From positions 847-64,846 of the forward strand of contig JBDIAX010000017.1 in assembly GCA_039812605.1 (NCBI GenBank): DNA of 64,000 bases, in the 5' to 3' direction. How positions within the stretch are numbered: the first letter of the stretch is position 1; the number at the start of each line of letters is the position of its first letter. A program made the translations under genes and the position numbers. The stretch is from Acidimicrobiia bacterium (GTDB lineage Bacteria; Actinomycetota; Acidimicrobiia; Acidimicrobiales; Iamiaceae). Below the pieces are notes generated by a model. The model saw nothing but the letters and a program-made list of their open reading frames with translations. It made no database searches and had not been told where the DNA came from. Shown piece after piece: positions 1-10,576 of the stretch.

Positions 1-435
1 GCAGATCAGCGCGCCCTGCTCACCGTGCATGAACTGGCTGAGCATCCAGTTGTTCGACTCCATGCCGAGCTGGTCGAACTCCTTGTCGCCCCACTTCTCG
101 AAGGGCGTGCCGGCGATCTGGGCAGCACGGGTCTCGGGGGTCTGGCCGAACGAGTGGCGCTGCATCTCCACCAGCTCCAGCGGGTCGACCTCGATCGACC
201 AGTCGAGGTCGGTCTCGCCGTTCCACTGGCTGTGCTTGGCCTTCTCGTAGAGCTTGTTCAGCGCGGGACGGCGCCCCTTCTCGTAGTCCCACGTGAAGAT
301 GGCGTCCGCGTTGTCCCTCACCGCGCGGACGTTCTCCTCGCCCTCCTCTGCGGCGACGGCGAGGATCGCCTCGATGTCGTTGATGTCGGAGCGCCCGATG
401 AGCTCCTCGTTCGATGCACGCGCGTCGGTCGACAT
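1..435 (-). CDS. ferritin-like di-iron (AurF-like) protein, N-terminal 145 codons; the gene runs off the window start
   Basis: Absent from the ORF track because it is open at the window edge. Minus-strand ATG at 435-433. Translation reads MSTDARASNEELIGRSDINDIE...WNGETDLDWSIEV...QIAGTPFEKWGDKEFDQLGMESNNWMLSQFMHGEQGALIC. Third positions are G/C-rich. The family call is from memory and unverified. Confidence 0.5.
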   Translation of the reverse strand, partial: MSTDARASNEELIGRSDINDIEAILAVAAEEGEENVRAVRDNADAIFTWDYEKGRRPALNKLYEKAKHSQWNGETDLDWSIEVDPLELVEMQRHSFGQTPETRAAQIAGTPFEKWGDKEFDQLGMESNNWMLSQFMHGEQGALIC

Positions 436-632
436 GGCCCGATCCCCTTGGTTTGCCCTCGCGCGATCGAACCGACCGCACGTCGATAACGAACGTTACG
501 GCAGGTCGGTCCCGATCGTCTACAGGCCATCGGTCACAGAACTCCTGCAAGCACCTCGGGCTCGGCGGTAAACGCGAGGGGACCGGTGGCGAGTGGACGG
601 GTGTGATCCGCACGACGGCCAAGCTGGAAGGC

Positions 633-1232
633 GTGGTGGAGCGACCAGGGCCCGAGGCGCGACCCGCCTCACCGGCGTTCGAGGCGTTCTACCGACGAGA
701 GTGGCGACCCCTCGTGGCGCTCGGCTGGTCACTGACCGGTTCGTGGGCGGCCGCCGAGGAGCTGGTGCAGGAGGCGATGACCGATGCCTACCGCCGCTGG
801 GACGAGGTCGGCGACCTCGACAAGCCCGGTGCGTGGGCGCGACGGGCGGTGATCAACCGCGCGGCCTCCCAGGCCCGACGGCGGTCGGTGGAACGACGGG
901 GCCTGACGCGCTTGGCCGCCCGCTCGACCGCCGAGGCCGACGCGCCCGGCGCCGATCGCACCGGCGACGCCGCCACCGAGGCCGTCGTCACCGAGGCCGT
1001 CGCAGACCCCGCGTTCTGGGACGCGCTGCACGCCTTGCCCGAACGGCAGCGGGCCTGCCTGGCCCTCCGCTACCTCGAGGATCAGGACGTGGCCGCCATC
1101 GCCGACACCCTCGGGTGCAGCCCCGCGACGGTCCGCGTGCACCTCCACCGCGGCCGCCGCACCCTCGCCAAGCGACTCGATCGAGCGACGAGCCGAACCA
1201 CCGACCACGGCCCCCAGGAGGTCGACCGATGA
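633..1232 (+). CDS. ECF (sigma-70 family) RNA polymerase sigma factor
   Basis: Tail of ORF 414..1232. Region 2-like EELVQEAMTDAYRRW and region 4 LPERQRACLALRYLEDQDVAAIADTLGCSPATVRVHLHRGRRTLAKRL. GTG at 633/636 is chosen as the start because the upstream part is low-complexity. Confidence 0.85.
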   Translation: MVERPGPEARPASPAFEAFYRREWRPLVALGWSLTGSWAAAEELVQEAMTDAYRRWDEVGDLDKPGAWARRAVINRAASQARRRSVERRGLTRLAARSTAEADAPGADRTGDAATEAVVTEAVADPAFWDALHALPERQRACLALRYLEDQDVAAIADTLGCSPATVRVHLHRGRRTLAKRLDRATSRTTDHGPQEVDR

Positions 1233-2824
1233 TCGACCACGACCCGATCGAAGCGCTCGAGCGGCGGGCCTCCGCTGCTGCCGCCGACCTGCGAGCCCGT
1301 GCCGGGGACCGGCCGGTGCCCGCGTGGCACCCCGTGCGCTCGGCCGTGCCGGTGGCGCCAGCGCCGGCGGTCGCTCGCCCACGCCCCGCCCGACTCCTCG
1401 CCGCCGCGGCCGTCATCGTGGTGCTCGCGGCCACCGCCGCCGTGGCGATCGTGGCCGTCGAGCGGCGCCACGACGACACCCCTCCCACCTCGACCACGGA
1501 GAGCGGCGAGGTCCTCGCCTTCGAGACCCTCGCGCCGCCCAACGGGCTCGAGCTGTCCGGGATCCTCCACGGCGAGCGATACCTCGATGCCGATCTCACG
1601 ACCGCCCTCGCGATCTACGGAACCGGGCCCGATGCCCCGGAGGTCGGCGTGGCCCGCGTCTCGGGGTGGACCATCGAGAGCCTCGACGCGAGCGGCGAGC
1701 ACCTCACCGTCGATGGGACACCGGCGGTGGACCTGGCGCCGTTCGGCATGGCCCGCCACGCGGTGCTGATCGATGACCCCGCGCGCGACGCCGGCCTGAT
1801 CGCCATGAGCCCGACGATCTCCCCCCGCCGTCTGATCGAGCTCCTGCGGTCGACCACCGTGGACGACGGCTCCCCGCGGATCGCCGGCGATGCGCTGCCT
1901 TCGGGGTGGCGCCTGCTCGGCTCCGACCCGAGCGGGCCGTTCCGAAGAGGCCCGATGGACATCAGCCGGCGCGACGTGCCGGCGCGAGCCGTCACGTATG
2001 GAGGATCGATCGACCGCGAAGGCGTGGGAGACGTGCCGACCTCCGCGCTCGAGGTCACCTCGGAGCCGACCCCGGCCAGCTGGGAGCTCTCGCTCCGGCT
2101 CCGTGCCACCGAGGTCCAGGCGACCGTGGTGGCGGGTCGCCCTGCGCTCCTGGCGACCGGCGTCGCGGTGCGGGACGAAGCCCCTCGGTGGCTCGCGTTC
2201 GAGCACTCCACCGGCGTCCTCGTGCAGGTCATCGGCTGGGACCTTCCCGTCAGCGCCATCGAGGCAGCAGCGGACCAGGTGGCACCGATCACCGCCGACC
2301 GGTGGTCTGAGCTCGAGGAGCAGGACCAGCTCGGCCTCCTCCGCCGCGACGACGAGCGACCCGTGCTGGCCACCGGCACGGCCGACGGGACCGACGGGCT
2401 CCGCTGGGCGCTGCGCGTCGACGCGAACCGGACCCTCGATCTGCGGGTGGCGTTCAGCGACCTCGTGAACGGCACGAGCGGCTCGTCCACCACGAACGAG
2501 GACCCCGACGCGCTGGTCCGGTCGATGGCGGCCACCACCGGCGACGATCAGCGCGTGCTCGCCCTGCTCGTCCGCTCCGATGTCGCCTCGCTCCGCGTCG
2601 GTCGAGGCGACCAGGCACGGGCGGACGTGCCCACGACCACCCTCGAGCTCGACGCCGCCACCCGGGAGCTGCTCGGAGCGACGGCAGACTCGCGACTCGT
2701 GGTCGTGCTGCTGCGTGCCGATGACGACCGCGCCACGCTGCTCGACGATGCGGGCGACGTCCTGGCGACGCACGTGGTCCGCGACGACGGGCTCCTCGAT
2801 CCGGAGCCGCTGCCCGGCTCCTGA
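1229..2824 (+). CDS. single-pass membrane protein, putative anti-sigma factor / sigma-factor partner
   Basis: ATG at 1229 overlaps the sigma-factor stop (ATGA). MIDHDPIEALERR..., one TM helix (LLAAAAVIVVLAATAAVAIVAV), then about 440 aa of predicted extracytoplasmic sequence. No HxxxCxxC zinc motif. Confidence 0.6.
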   Translation: MIDHDPIEALERRASAAAADLRARAGDRPVPAWHPVRSAVPVAPAPAVARPRPARLLAAAAVIVVLAATAAVAIVAVERRHDDTPPTSTTESGEVLAFETLAPPNGLELSGILHGERYLDADLTTALAIYGTGPDAPEVGVARVSGWTIESLDASGEHLTVDGTPAVDLAPFGMARHAVLIDDPARDAGLIAMSPTISPRRLIELLRSTTVDDGSPRIAGDALPSGWRLLGSDPSGPFRRGPMDISRRDVPARAVTYGGSIDREGVGDVPTSALEVTSEPTPASWELSLRLRATEVQATVVAGRPALLATGVAVRDEAPRWLAFEHSTGVLVQVIGWDLPVSAIEAAADQVAPITADRWSELEEQDQLGLLRRDDERPVLATGTADGTDGLRWALRVDANRTLDLRVAFSDLVNGTSGSSTTNEDPDALVRSMAATTGDDQRVLALLVRSDVASLRVGRGDQARADVPTTTLELDAATRELLGATADSRLVVVLLRADDDRATLLDDAGDVLATHVVRDDGLLDPEPLPGS

Positions 2825-2826
2825 CC

Positions 2827-3750
2827 TCAGGCGGACGGGTACGGGTGCGGGGCGCCGCCGAAGACCGCCTCCGCGTTCTCACGGAGGAACTTCGGCCACA
2901 CGTGGTCGCGGAAGCCCACGTTCGGAAGCTCCGCGAAGATCCGATCCAGCGTGAGGCCGGCGGCCCAGTAGCCCGCGTAGATGATCTTGTCGGCACCCCG
3001 GGTGTTCGCGAAGTCGATGATGTCCTGAGGGTAGTGCTTCGGGGCGAACGCCGAGGTCGAGTAGTAGAGGTTCGGCCACTTGAGCAGGAGCTTCACCATG
3101 AGCTCGGTCCACGGTTCGGCGCCGTGGCGGGTGACGATCTTGAGCTCGGGGAAGAACCAGCACACCTCGTCGAGCTGGATGGGCAGCTGCGCGCTCATGG
3201 GCAGCCGAGGGCCGGGCACCCCGGCGTAGACCACGATCGGCAGCCCGGCCTCCACGCACTTGGCGTAGACCGGGTACATCTTCTTGTCGTCGAGCGCCAC
3301 CTGCGGGAGCAGCGCCGTGCCCCAGGTGTGGATCGCCTTCAGCTTGTCGCCCCACCGCTCCACGGCGGCGTCGATCTGGCGCAGCGCCTCCATGCCGGTG
3401 TTCGGGTCGACGTTGAGGATCCCCCAGAACCTGTCGGGGTGCTCGGTGAGCGCCCGCTTGGCCAGGTCCTTCTCGGTGACGTTGGTGAGGAAGCGGGTGA
3501 TGCCGAACCGCTCCATCTCTGCGAGGGTGAGCTCGAGCGGATCGTCGATCTCGTCGTAGGTGGGAATGTCCTTGAACATGTACTGCGCAGGCATCTCCAT
3601 GCTCTGCGTCTCCTTGTCCAGCGACGCCTTGCGGATGTAGTCGTAGACCTTGGCCTTGGCCTCGCGGACGTCGGGGAACGACAGGAAGGTGTCGGTCACT
3701 CCCCCGGCCCGGGCGGCGTCGAACGCGTCGTTCCCCGTGGGTTCCGGCAT
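2827..3750 (-). CDS. amidohydrolase-2 family (metal-dependent hydrolase/decarboxylase) protein
   Basis: ORF 2827..3750, 307 aa. TIM-barrel amidohydrolase-like sequence, including KAIHTWGT, IVVYAGVPGP and KIVTRHGAEPW. Confidence 0.8.
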   Translation of the reverse strand: MPEPTGNDAFDAARAGGVTDTFLSFPDVREAKAKVYDYIRKASLDKETQSMEMPAQYMFKDIPTYDEIDDPLELTLAEMERFGITRFLTNVTEKDLAKRALTEHPDRFWGILNVDPNTGMEALRQIDAAVERWGDKLKAIHTWGTALLPQVALDDKKMYPVYAKCVEAGLPIVVYAGVPGPRLPMSAQLPIQLDEVCWFFPELKIVTRHGAEPWTELMVKLLLKWPNLYYSTSAFAPKHYPQDIIDFANTRGADKIIYAGYWAAGLTLDRIFAELPNVGFRDHVWPKFLRENAEAVFGGAPHPYPSA

Positions 3751-3771
3751 GCTGCGACGCTACCCGAAACG

Positions 3772-3783
3772 AGAACGCGTTCT
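3772..3783. promoter_or_regulatory. perfect 12-bp palindrome AGAACGCGTTCT (TetR/KstR-type operator-like), 22-33 nt upstream of the amidohydrolase start
   Basis: Read directly: gAGAACGCGTTCTa. It resembles the TnnAACnnGTTnnA KstR-type motif. Confidence 0.35.
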
Positions 3784-3828
3784 ATTCGTGCTGGACCATG
3801 GCTGGTGTCGCTTCGACGCGGGCGAGCG

Positions 3829-4392
3829 TCACCCGGCACGGCGCAGCATGTCGCGGCACGACGTGCAGGCCGGATCGCCATCCGCCTGTCGCCGGCACCG
3901 GCGATCGACGCCCACGATCGGGACCGGAGGACGTCCGAGGTGGTGGGCGACCTGGTGCGCAAGGCGCCCGAGCGCGAGCTCGGCCCCGAACCAGCCCGCG
4001 GGCCCAGCCGTCTCCACCCCCGCCCAGATCGCTCGGGTCGAGCCGTCGCGGAGCACGAGGCAGGCATCGCCCTGCGACCGCACGTCGATCTGGAGGCGTG
4101 CGATCTCCCGCCACGGCACCGCTCCACCTCGCAGGTGCCAGCCATCGTCGTCGACGAACGGGCGCCACCGTCCGGCGCGCACGGCGCTGGTGGCGACACC
4201 GAGCGCGACGGCGGCCGCGACCACCGCGACCGAGACGCTCGGAGCGGCGATCGCCACCACGGCCGCGAGGGAGGCGATGCCCCAACGACCGAACCGGTGC
4301 GACGCGGGACTTCGGCGATCGATGGCACCGAACTGGAGTCGAAGTGGGGGGTCGATCGACGTGAAGGCCTCGCCGGGCGAGGTTCCGATCAT
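3829..4392 (-). CDS. membrane protein, paralog B (two TM helices plus a small soluble domain with C-terminal Cys pairs)
   Basis: Tail of ORF 3829..6609, from ATG at 4392: MIGTSPGEAF...WGIASLAAVVAIAAPSVSVAVVAAAVALGVA...GWHLRGGAVPWREIARL...RRCRRQADGDPACTSC. Confidence 0.55.
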   Translation of the reverse strand: MIGTSPGEAFTSIDPPLRLQFGAIDRRSPASHRFGRWGIASLAAVVAIAAPSVSVAVVAAAVALGVATSAVRAGRWRPFVDDDGWHLRGGAVPWREIARLQIDVRSQGDACLVLRDGSTRAIWAGVETAGPAGWFGAELALGRLAHQVAHHLGRPPVPIVGVDRRCRRQADGDPACTSCRDMLRRAG

Positions 4393-4424
4393 GCCGTTCG
4401 GCCACGTTGCCGTACGGAGTGGGA

Positions 4425-5066
4425 TCACGTCCCGTGGTCTATCCCACCGGCCTCCGTCGCGCAGCGCAGGCACCGTGGGTCGAAGGGCACCCGTTCCCGA
4501 TCGGTCCCGAGGTCGAGCCAGACCGGCACCGGCCCGCGGCGAAGGGCGTGTCCGAGCTGGTGGAGGTGGCGGGCGGCGACGTCCTCGACGATGCGGCGCT
4601 GGCCCACCGCGCCGCGCCGCGGCACGCGGATCGACAGGGCCGTGGTGCGGCCTCCCGCCAGCGCGAGCTCGGCCGGATCGGCGCTCGCCCGGAACAGGGT
4701 GAGCGACTCGACGAGGTCCCACGGAACGGCCTCGTCGCCCTCGATCCACCCCGCCGGTGTCGCGAGCCGTCGCCAGGTCACGGCCCGGACGAGCGCGACG
4801 GCCGGCAAGGCCCCCAGGGCCATGACGGCGGCACCGACGAGGGGTTGGACCGTGATGAGCCACGCCCCCGGCGCCATCAGCGCTCCGATGGCGAGCGCGA
4901 GCACCAGGCGCGCCCCCGGGCCACGGCGAACCTGCAGCGACCGCTTGTGGAGGCGAAGCTCGGGAGCGAAGGGCGACGCGGGCCGGTCCGACGGCGGACC
5001 GCTCATGCCGGCGGGCCAGCTCGGCACCCACTCCCGGTCGTCGACCGGGAACCTCGGCTTCCTCAC
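4425..5066 (-). CDS. membrane protein, paralog A (same architecture as 3829..4392)
   Basis: ORF 4425..5066, GTG start; ATG at 5006 is an alternative. LVLALAIGALMAPGAWLITVQPLVGAAVMALGALPAVALV...GWIEGDEAVPWDLVESL...DPRCLRCA. Confidence 0.55.
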   Translation of the reverse strand: MRKPRFPVDDREWVPSWPAGMSGPPSDRPASPFAPELRLHKRSLQVRRGPGARLVLALAIGALMAPGAWLITVQPLVGAAVMALGALPAVALVRAVTWRRLATPAGWIEGDEAVPWDLVESLTLFRASADPAELALAGGRTTALSIRVPRRGAVGQRRIVEDVAARHLHQLGHALRRGPVPVWLDLGTDRERVPFDPRCLRCATEAGGIDHGT

Positions 5067-5090
5067 CGAACGCCGGCGCGCCAGCGGGCG

Positions 5091-8000
5091 TCAGAGCCCG
5101 TCGAACGCCTGGTCGAGGATCTGGGACTGCTCCTGCACGTGGATCGCGTGGCTCCCCGTGGCCGGGCTGCCCGAACCGGTGCGCGAGACCTGCCGGTACT
5201 TGATGCCCTCGGGCACCAACGGCCACAGGCGCTCGGCCACGAAGGCACGGGGGCCCATGTTGTCGGGCTCCTCCTGGAGCCACACCACCTCGGTCACGTT
5301 CGGGTAGCTGCGGAGCAGGCCCGAGATCTGCGCGTACGGGAACGGGTACAGCTGCTCGATGCGCAGGACCGCGGCGCGGTGGCGGCGCTCGTCGCGTCGG
5401 GCCATGGCGTCGTACGCGACCTTTCCGGAGCAGAACACGAGGCGCTCCACGTCGGCCCGGTCGATCTCGCCGTCCCACACCGCCGGATCGTCGAGCAGCT
5501 CCTGGAAGGATCCGTGCTCGAGGTCGGCGACCGGGGAGCGAGAGGTCTTGGCCCGCAGCAGCGACTTGGGCGTCATCACGATGAGCGGCTTGCGAGCCGG
5601 ACGCACCACCTGGCGGCGGAGCAGGTGGAAGTACTGGGCCGCGGTGGTGGCGTTGGTCACCTGGATGTTGTCCTCGGCGCACAGCGTGAGGAACCGCTCG
5701 ATGCGCCCCGAGGAGTGCTCGGGGCCCTGGCCCTCGAGGCCGTGCGGGAGCAGGAGCACGAGGCCCGAGGTCTGGCCCCACTTGTCCTCGGCGGCGACGA
5801 GGTACTGGTCGATGACGATCATCGCTCCGTTCACGAAGTCGCCGAACTGGGCCTCCCAGCACACGAGCGCGTCCTTCGCGACCACCGAGTAGCCGTACTC
5901 GAAGCCCATCGCCGCGTACTCCGACAGCAGCGAGTCGTAGATCCAGAACTTGCCCTGGTCCGGGTCGAGGTTGGCCAGCGGCGCGAACTCGGCGCCCGAG
6001 GAGTAGTCCGACAGGACCGAGTGGCGCTGCGAGAACGTGCCGCGCCGCGAGTCCTGACCGGCGAAGCGGATGTCGGTGCCGTCGAGCAGGAGCGTCCCGA
6101 ACGCAAGCGCCTCGGCGGTGGCCCAGTCGACCTCCCCGCCTTCGAACATCTTCGTGCGCGTGGCGAACTGCTTCGCCAGCTTGGGGTGGACCTCGAAGCC
6201 ATCGGGCACCGTCGAGAGCCCCGCGTAGACCCGGTCGAGCGTGGCCCGCTCCACCCCGGTCTCCACGTGCGGGAGCACCCCGACCGCCGGCGGCACCGGC
6301 AGGGCGATGATCTCGGACTCGGGCTTCGCGTCGCGGGTCTCCACGAGCGCTTCCTGGAGGCGATCGCTGAAGTCGTCGAGCGCCTTCTCGGCCTCGTCGA
6401 TCGAGATGTCGCCCCGCTTGACGAGCGCCTCGGTGTAGAGCTTGCGCACCGAGCGACGAGCGTCGATCCGCTTGTACATGAGGGGCTGGGTGTAGCTCGG
6501 GTCGTCGCCCTCGTTGTGACCGTGGCGCCGGTAGCAGACCATGTCGATCACGACGTCCTTGTTGAACGCTTGGCGGAACGCGTACGCGAGCCGCGCCACG
6601 CGCACGCACGCCTCGGGATCATCGCCGTTCACGTGGAAGATCGGCGCCTCGATCATCTTCGCCACGTCGGTGCAGTACTCCGACGAGCGCGCCGACTCGG
6701 GCGAGGTCGTGAACCCGAGCTGGTTGTTGATGATCAGGTGGATCGTGCCACCCACCCGGTAGCCCTTGATGGTCGAGCAGTTGAGGGTCTCGGCCACCAC
6801 GCCCTGGCCGGCGAACGCCGCGTCGCCGTGGAGCAGCACCGGCAGCACCGAGAAGGCGGTGGGATCGTTGATGTGGTCCTGCTTGGCCCGCACCATGCCC
6901 ACCACCACCGGGTCCACCGTCTCGAGGTGGCTCGGGTTCGCGGCGAGCTCCACCGCGATGGTGTTCCCGCGGCGCCCGGTGAAGGTGCCGGTCTGGCCGA
7001 GGTGGTACTTGACGTCGCCCGAGCCCTGGGTGGAGTCGGGATCGATGTAGCCCTCGAACTCCTTGAAGAGCTGGTCGTAGCTCTTGCCCACGATGTTGGT
7101 GAGCACGTTGAGGCGGCCTCGGTGCGCCATGCCGAGCACGGCGCCGTCGAGGTGGTCGTGGGCGGCCGCGTCGAGCACGGCGTCGAGGATGGGGATCGCG
7201 GACTCCGCGCCTTCGATGCCGAAGCGCTTCTGGCCGACGTACTTGGTGGCGAGGAACTTCTCGAACGCCTCGGCAGCGTTGAGCCGACCCAAGATGTGGC
7301 GCTGCTCCTCCGCGTCGACCTTGTCGTTCACGCCTTCGACGTGCTCTTGGATCCACCGCTTCTGCGCCGGATCGGAGATGTGCATGTACTCGATGCCGAC
7401 CGTGCGGCAGTAGGCGTCGCGCAGCACGTGGAGCAGGTCGCCCAGCTTCATGCGGGTGGTGCCGGCGACGCCACCGGTGAGGAACTCGCGCTCCAGGTCC
7501 CAGATCGTGAGCCCATAGGTGGCCGGATCGAGCTCGGGGTGCATGGAAGGTTCCTTCCACGCCAGCGGATCGAGGTCGGCGATGAGGTGGCCGCGCACGC
7601 GGTGCTGGTTCACCAGCGTCTGCACGTGCATCTGCTTCTCGAGGCGGCTCGCCTCCTTGTCGATCGGGTTGTCGTCGGGGAGCCAGCGAACGGCCTCGTA
7701 GGGCACCCCGAGGGAGCGGAACGCCTTGCCGTAGAAGTCGTCCTCCCCCATCAGGAGCTCTTGCACCCGCTTGAGGAACAGGCCCGACTCGGCACCCTGG
7801 ATGATCCGGTGGTCGTAGGTGGAGGTGACCGTCATCACCTTCGACAAGCCCATCTCGGCGAGCGACTGCGGGTCGGCCCCCGAGAAGGCCGCGGGGTAGT
7901 CGAGCCGGCCCACGCCGACGATCACGCCTTGGCCCGGCATCAGGCGCGGGACCGACTGCACCGTGCCGATCGTGCCCGGGTTGGTGAGCGTGACGGTGGC

Positions 8001-8771
8001 CCCCGCGAAGTCGTCGACGGTGAGCTTGTTGGAGCGCACCTTGCGGATCAGGTCCTCGTAGGCACCCCAGAAGCCGCGGAAGTCGAGGGCATCGGCCCCC
8101 TTGATCACCGGCACGAGCAGGCTGCGCCCACCCTTCTTCTCGACGTCGACGGCGAGGCCCAACCCGACCGTGTCGTGGCGGACCACCCGCGGCTTGCCAT
8201 CGGGGCCCTCGACGAACGTGGAGTTCATCACCGGCACGGAGTCGGCGACCGCTCGGACGATGGCGTAGCCGATCAGGTGGGTGAAGCTGACCTTGCCGCC
8301 CCGGGTGCGCCCCAGGTACCCGTTGATGATGCGACGGTTGACCTCGAGCAGCTTCGCCGGCACCTCGCGGAAGGAGGTGGCGGTGGGAACGCCGAGGCTG
8401 GCCTCCATGTTCTCGACGATCCGCGCCGAGGCACCCCGCAAGGGCTCGCCCGGGATCTCCACGGTGCCGTCGGCGGCGATGCCCGTGGACTTGGGTGCTG
8501 ATGCCGGAGCCGCTGGTGCGGGAGCCGCCGCGGGCGACCCCGACGGCGGTCCGGCGACGACGGGCACCGCACCGGTCTCGCCGGTGCGGCCGGTGGCCGG
8601 CAGCGCCTTGTCGGGCGCCGAGGCGACCACGTCTGCGTCTCGTTGGTAGTCGGCGAAGAAGTCGCGCCAGCTCTCGCTCACCGAGCTCGGGTCGGCGAGG
8701 TACTGCTCGTACATCTCGTCGACGAGCCAGGCGTTGGGACCGAGCGCTTCGGTCGAGGGGGTATCGGGCAT
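5091..8771 (-). CDS. kgd: multifunctional 2-oxoglutarate dehydrogenase E1 with a fused E2-like acyltransferase domain (Kgd/OdhA type)
   Basis: ORF 5091..8855; start placed at MPDTPSTEALGPNAWLVDEMYEQY (ATG 8771). E2 catalytic motif STYDHRIIQGAESG, followed by a long thiamine-PP E1 body. Confidence 0.95.
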   Translation of the reverse strand: MPDTPSTEALGPNAWLVDEMYEQYLADPSSVSESWRDFFADYQRDADVVASAPDKALPATGRTGETGAVPVVAGPPSGSPAAAPAPAAPASAPKSTGIAADGTVEIPGEPLRGASARIVENMEASLGVPTATSFREVPAKLLEVNRRIINGYLGRTRGGKVSFTHLIGYAIVRAVADSVPVMNSTFVEGPDGKPRVVRHDTVGLGLAVDVEKKGGRSLLVPVIKGADALDFRGFWGAYEDLIRKVRSNKLTVDDFAGATVTLTNPGTIGTVQSVPRLMPGQGVIVGVGRLDYPAAFSGADPQSLAEMGLSKVMTVTSTYDHRIIQGAESGLFLKRVQELLMGEDDFYGKAFRSLGVPYEAVRWLPDDNPIDKEASRLEKQMHVQTLVNQHRVRGHLIADLDPLAWKEPSMHPELDPATYGLTIWDLEREFLTGGVAGTTRMKLGDLLHVLRDAYCRTVGIEYMHISDPAQKRWIQEHVEGVNDKVDAEEQRHILGRLNAAEAFEKFLATKYVGQKRFGIEGAESAIPILDAVLDAAAHDHLDGAVLGMAHRGRLNVLTNIVGKSYDQLFKEFEGYIDPDSTQGSGDVKYHLGQTGTFTGRRGNTIAVELAANPSHLETVDPVVVGMVRAKQDHINDPTAFSVLPVLLHGDAAFAGQGVVAETLNCSTIKGYRVGGTIHLIINNQLGFTTSPESARSSEYCTDVAKMIEAPIFHVNGDDPEACVRVARLAYAFRQAFNKDVVIDMVCYRRHGHNEGDDPSYTQPLMYKRIDARRSVRKLYTEALVKRGDISIDEAEKALDDFSDRLQEALVETRDAKPESEIIALPVPPAVGVLPHVETGVERATLDRVYAGLSTVPDGFEVHPKLAKQFATRTKMFEGGEVDWATAEALAFGTLLLDGTDIRFAGQDSRRGTFSQRHSVLSDYSSGAEFAPLANLDPDQGKFWIYDSLLSEYAAMGFEYGYSVVAKDALVCWEAQFGDFVNGAMIVIDQYLVAAEDKWGQTSGLVLLLPHGLEGQGPEHSSGRIERFLTLCAEDNIQVTNATTAAQYFHLLRRQVVRPARKPLIVMTPKSLLRAKTSRSPVADLEHGSFQELLDDPAVWDGEIDRADVERLVFCSGKVAYDAMARRDERRHRAAVLRIEQLYPFPYAQISGLLRSYPNVTEVVWLQEEPDNMGPRAFVAERLWPLVPEGIKYRQVSRTGSGSPATGSHAIHVQEQSQILDQAFDGL

Positions 8772-8875
8772 CGGCGTCGATCCTACCGACGTGACCTCGG
8801 TCCCCGGACCTACGGACCCGGGAGCGAGCCGACCCCTAGGATCGCCGCGCCGCACCCCCAGGAGGTTCGCTCGCC

Positions 8876-10552
<1,677 letters not shown>

Positions 10553-10576
10553 GGGTCGGTCCACCGAGGAGGGCGG

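Noticed and set aside
593-2824. 743-aa ORF as a single gene
   Set aside because: Its first roughly 212 codons overlap the ECF sigma gene in another frame and are Arg/Gly/Pro low-complexity. The ATG at 1229 with an ATGA overlap gives a coherent membrane protein.
4407-8501. 1,364-aa plus-strand ORF
   Set aside because: It is antisense to the unmistakable kgd gene. The composition is low-complexity (R/G/A/V/D/H-rich) with no recognisable motifs. It is a typical open off-frame in GC-rich DNA.
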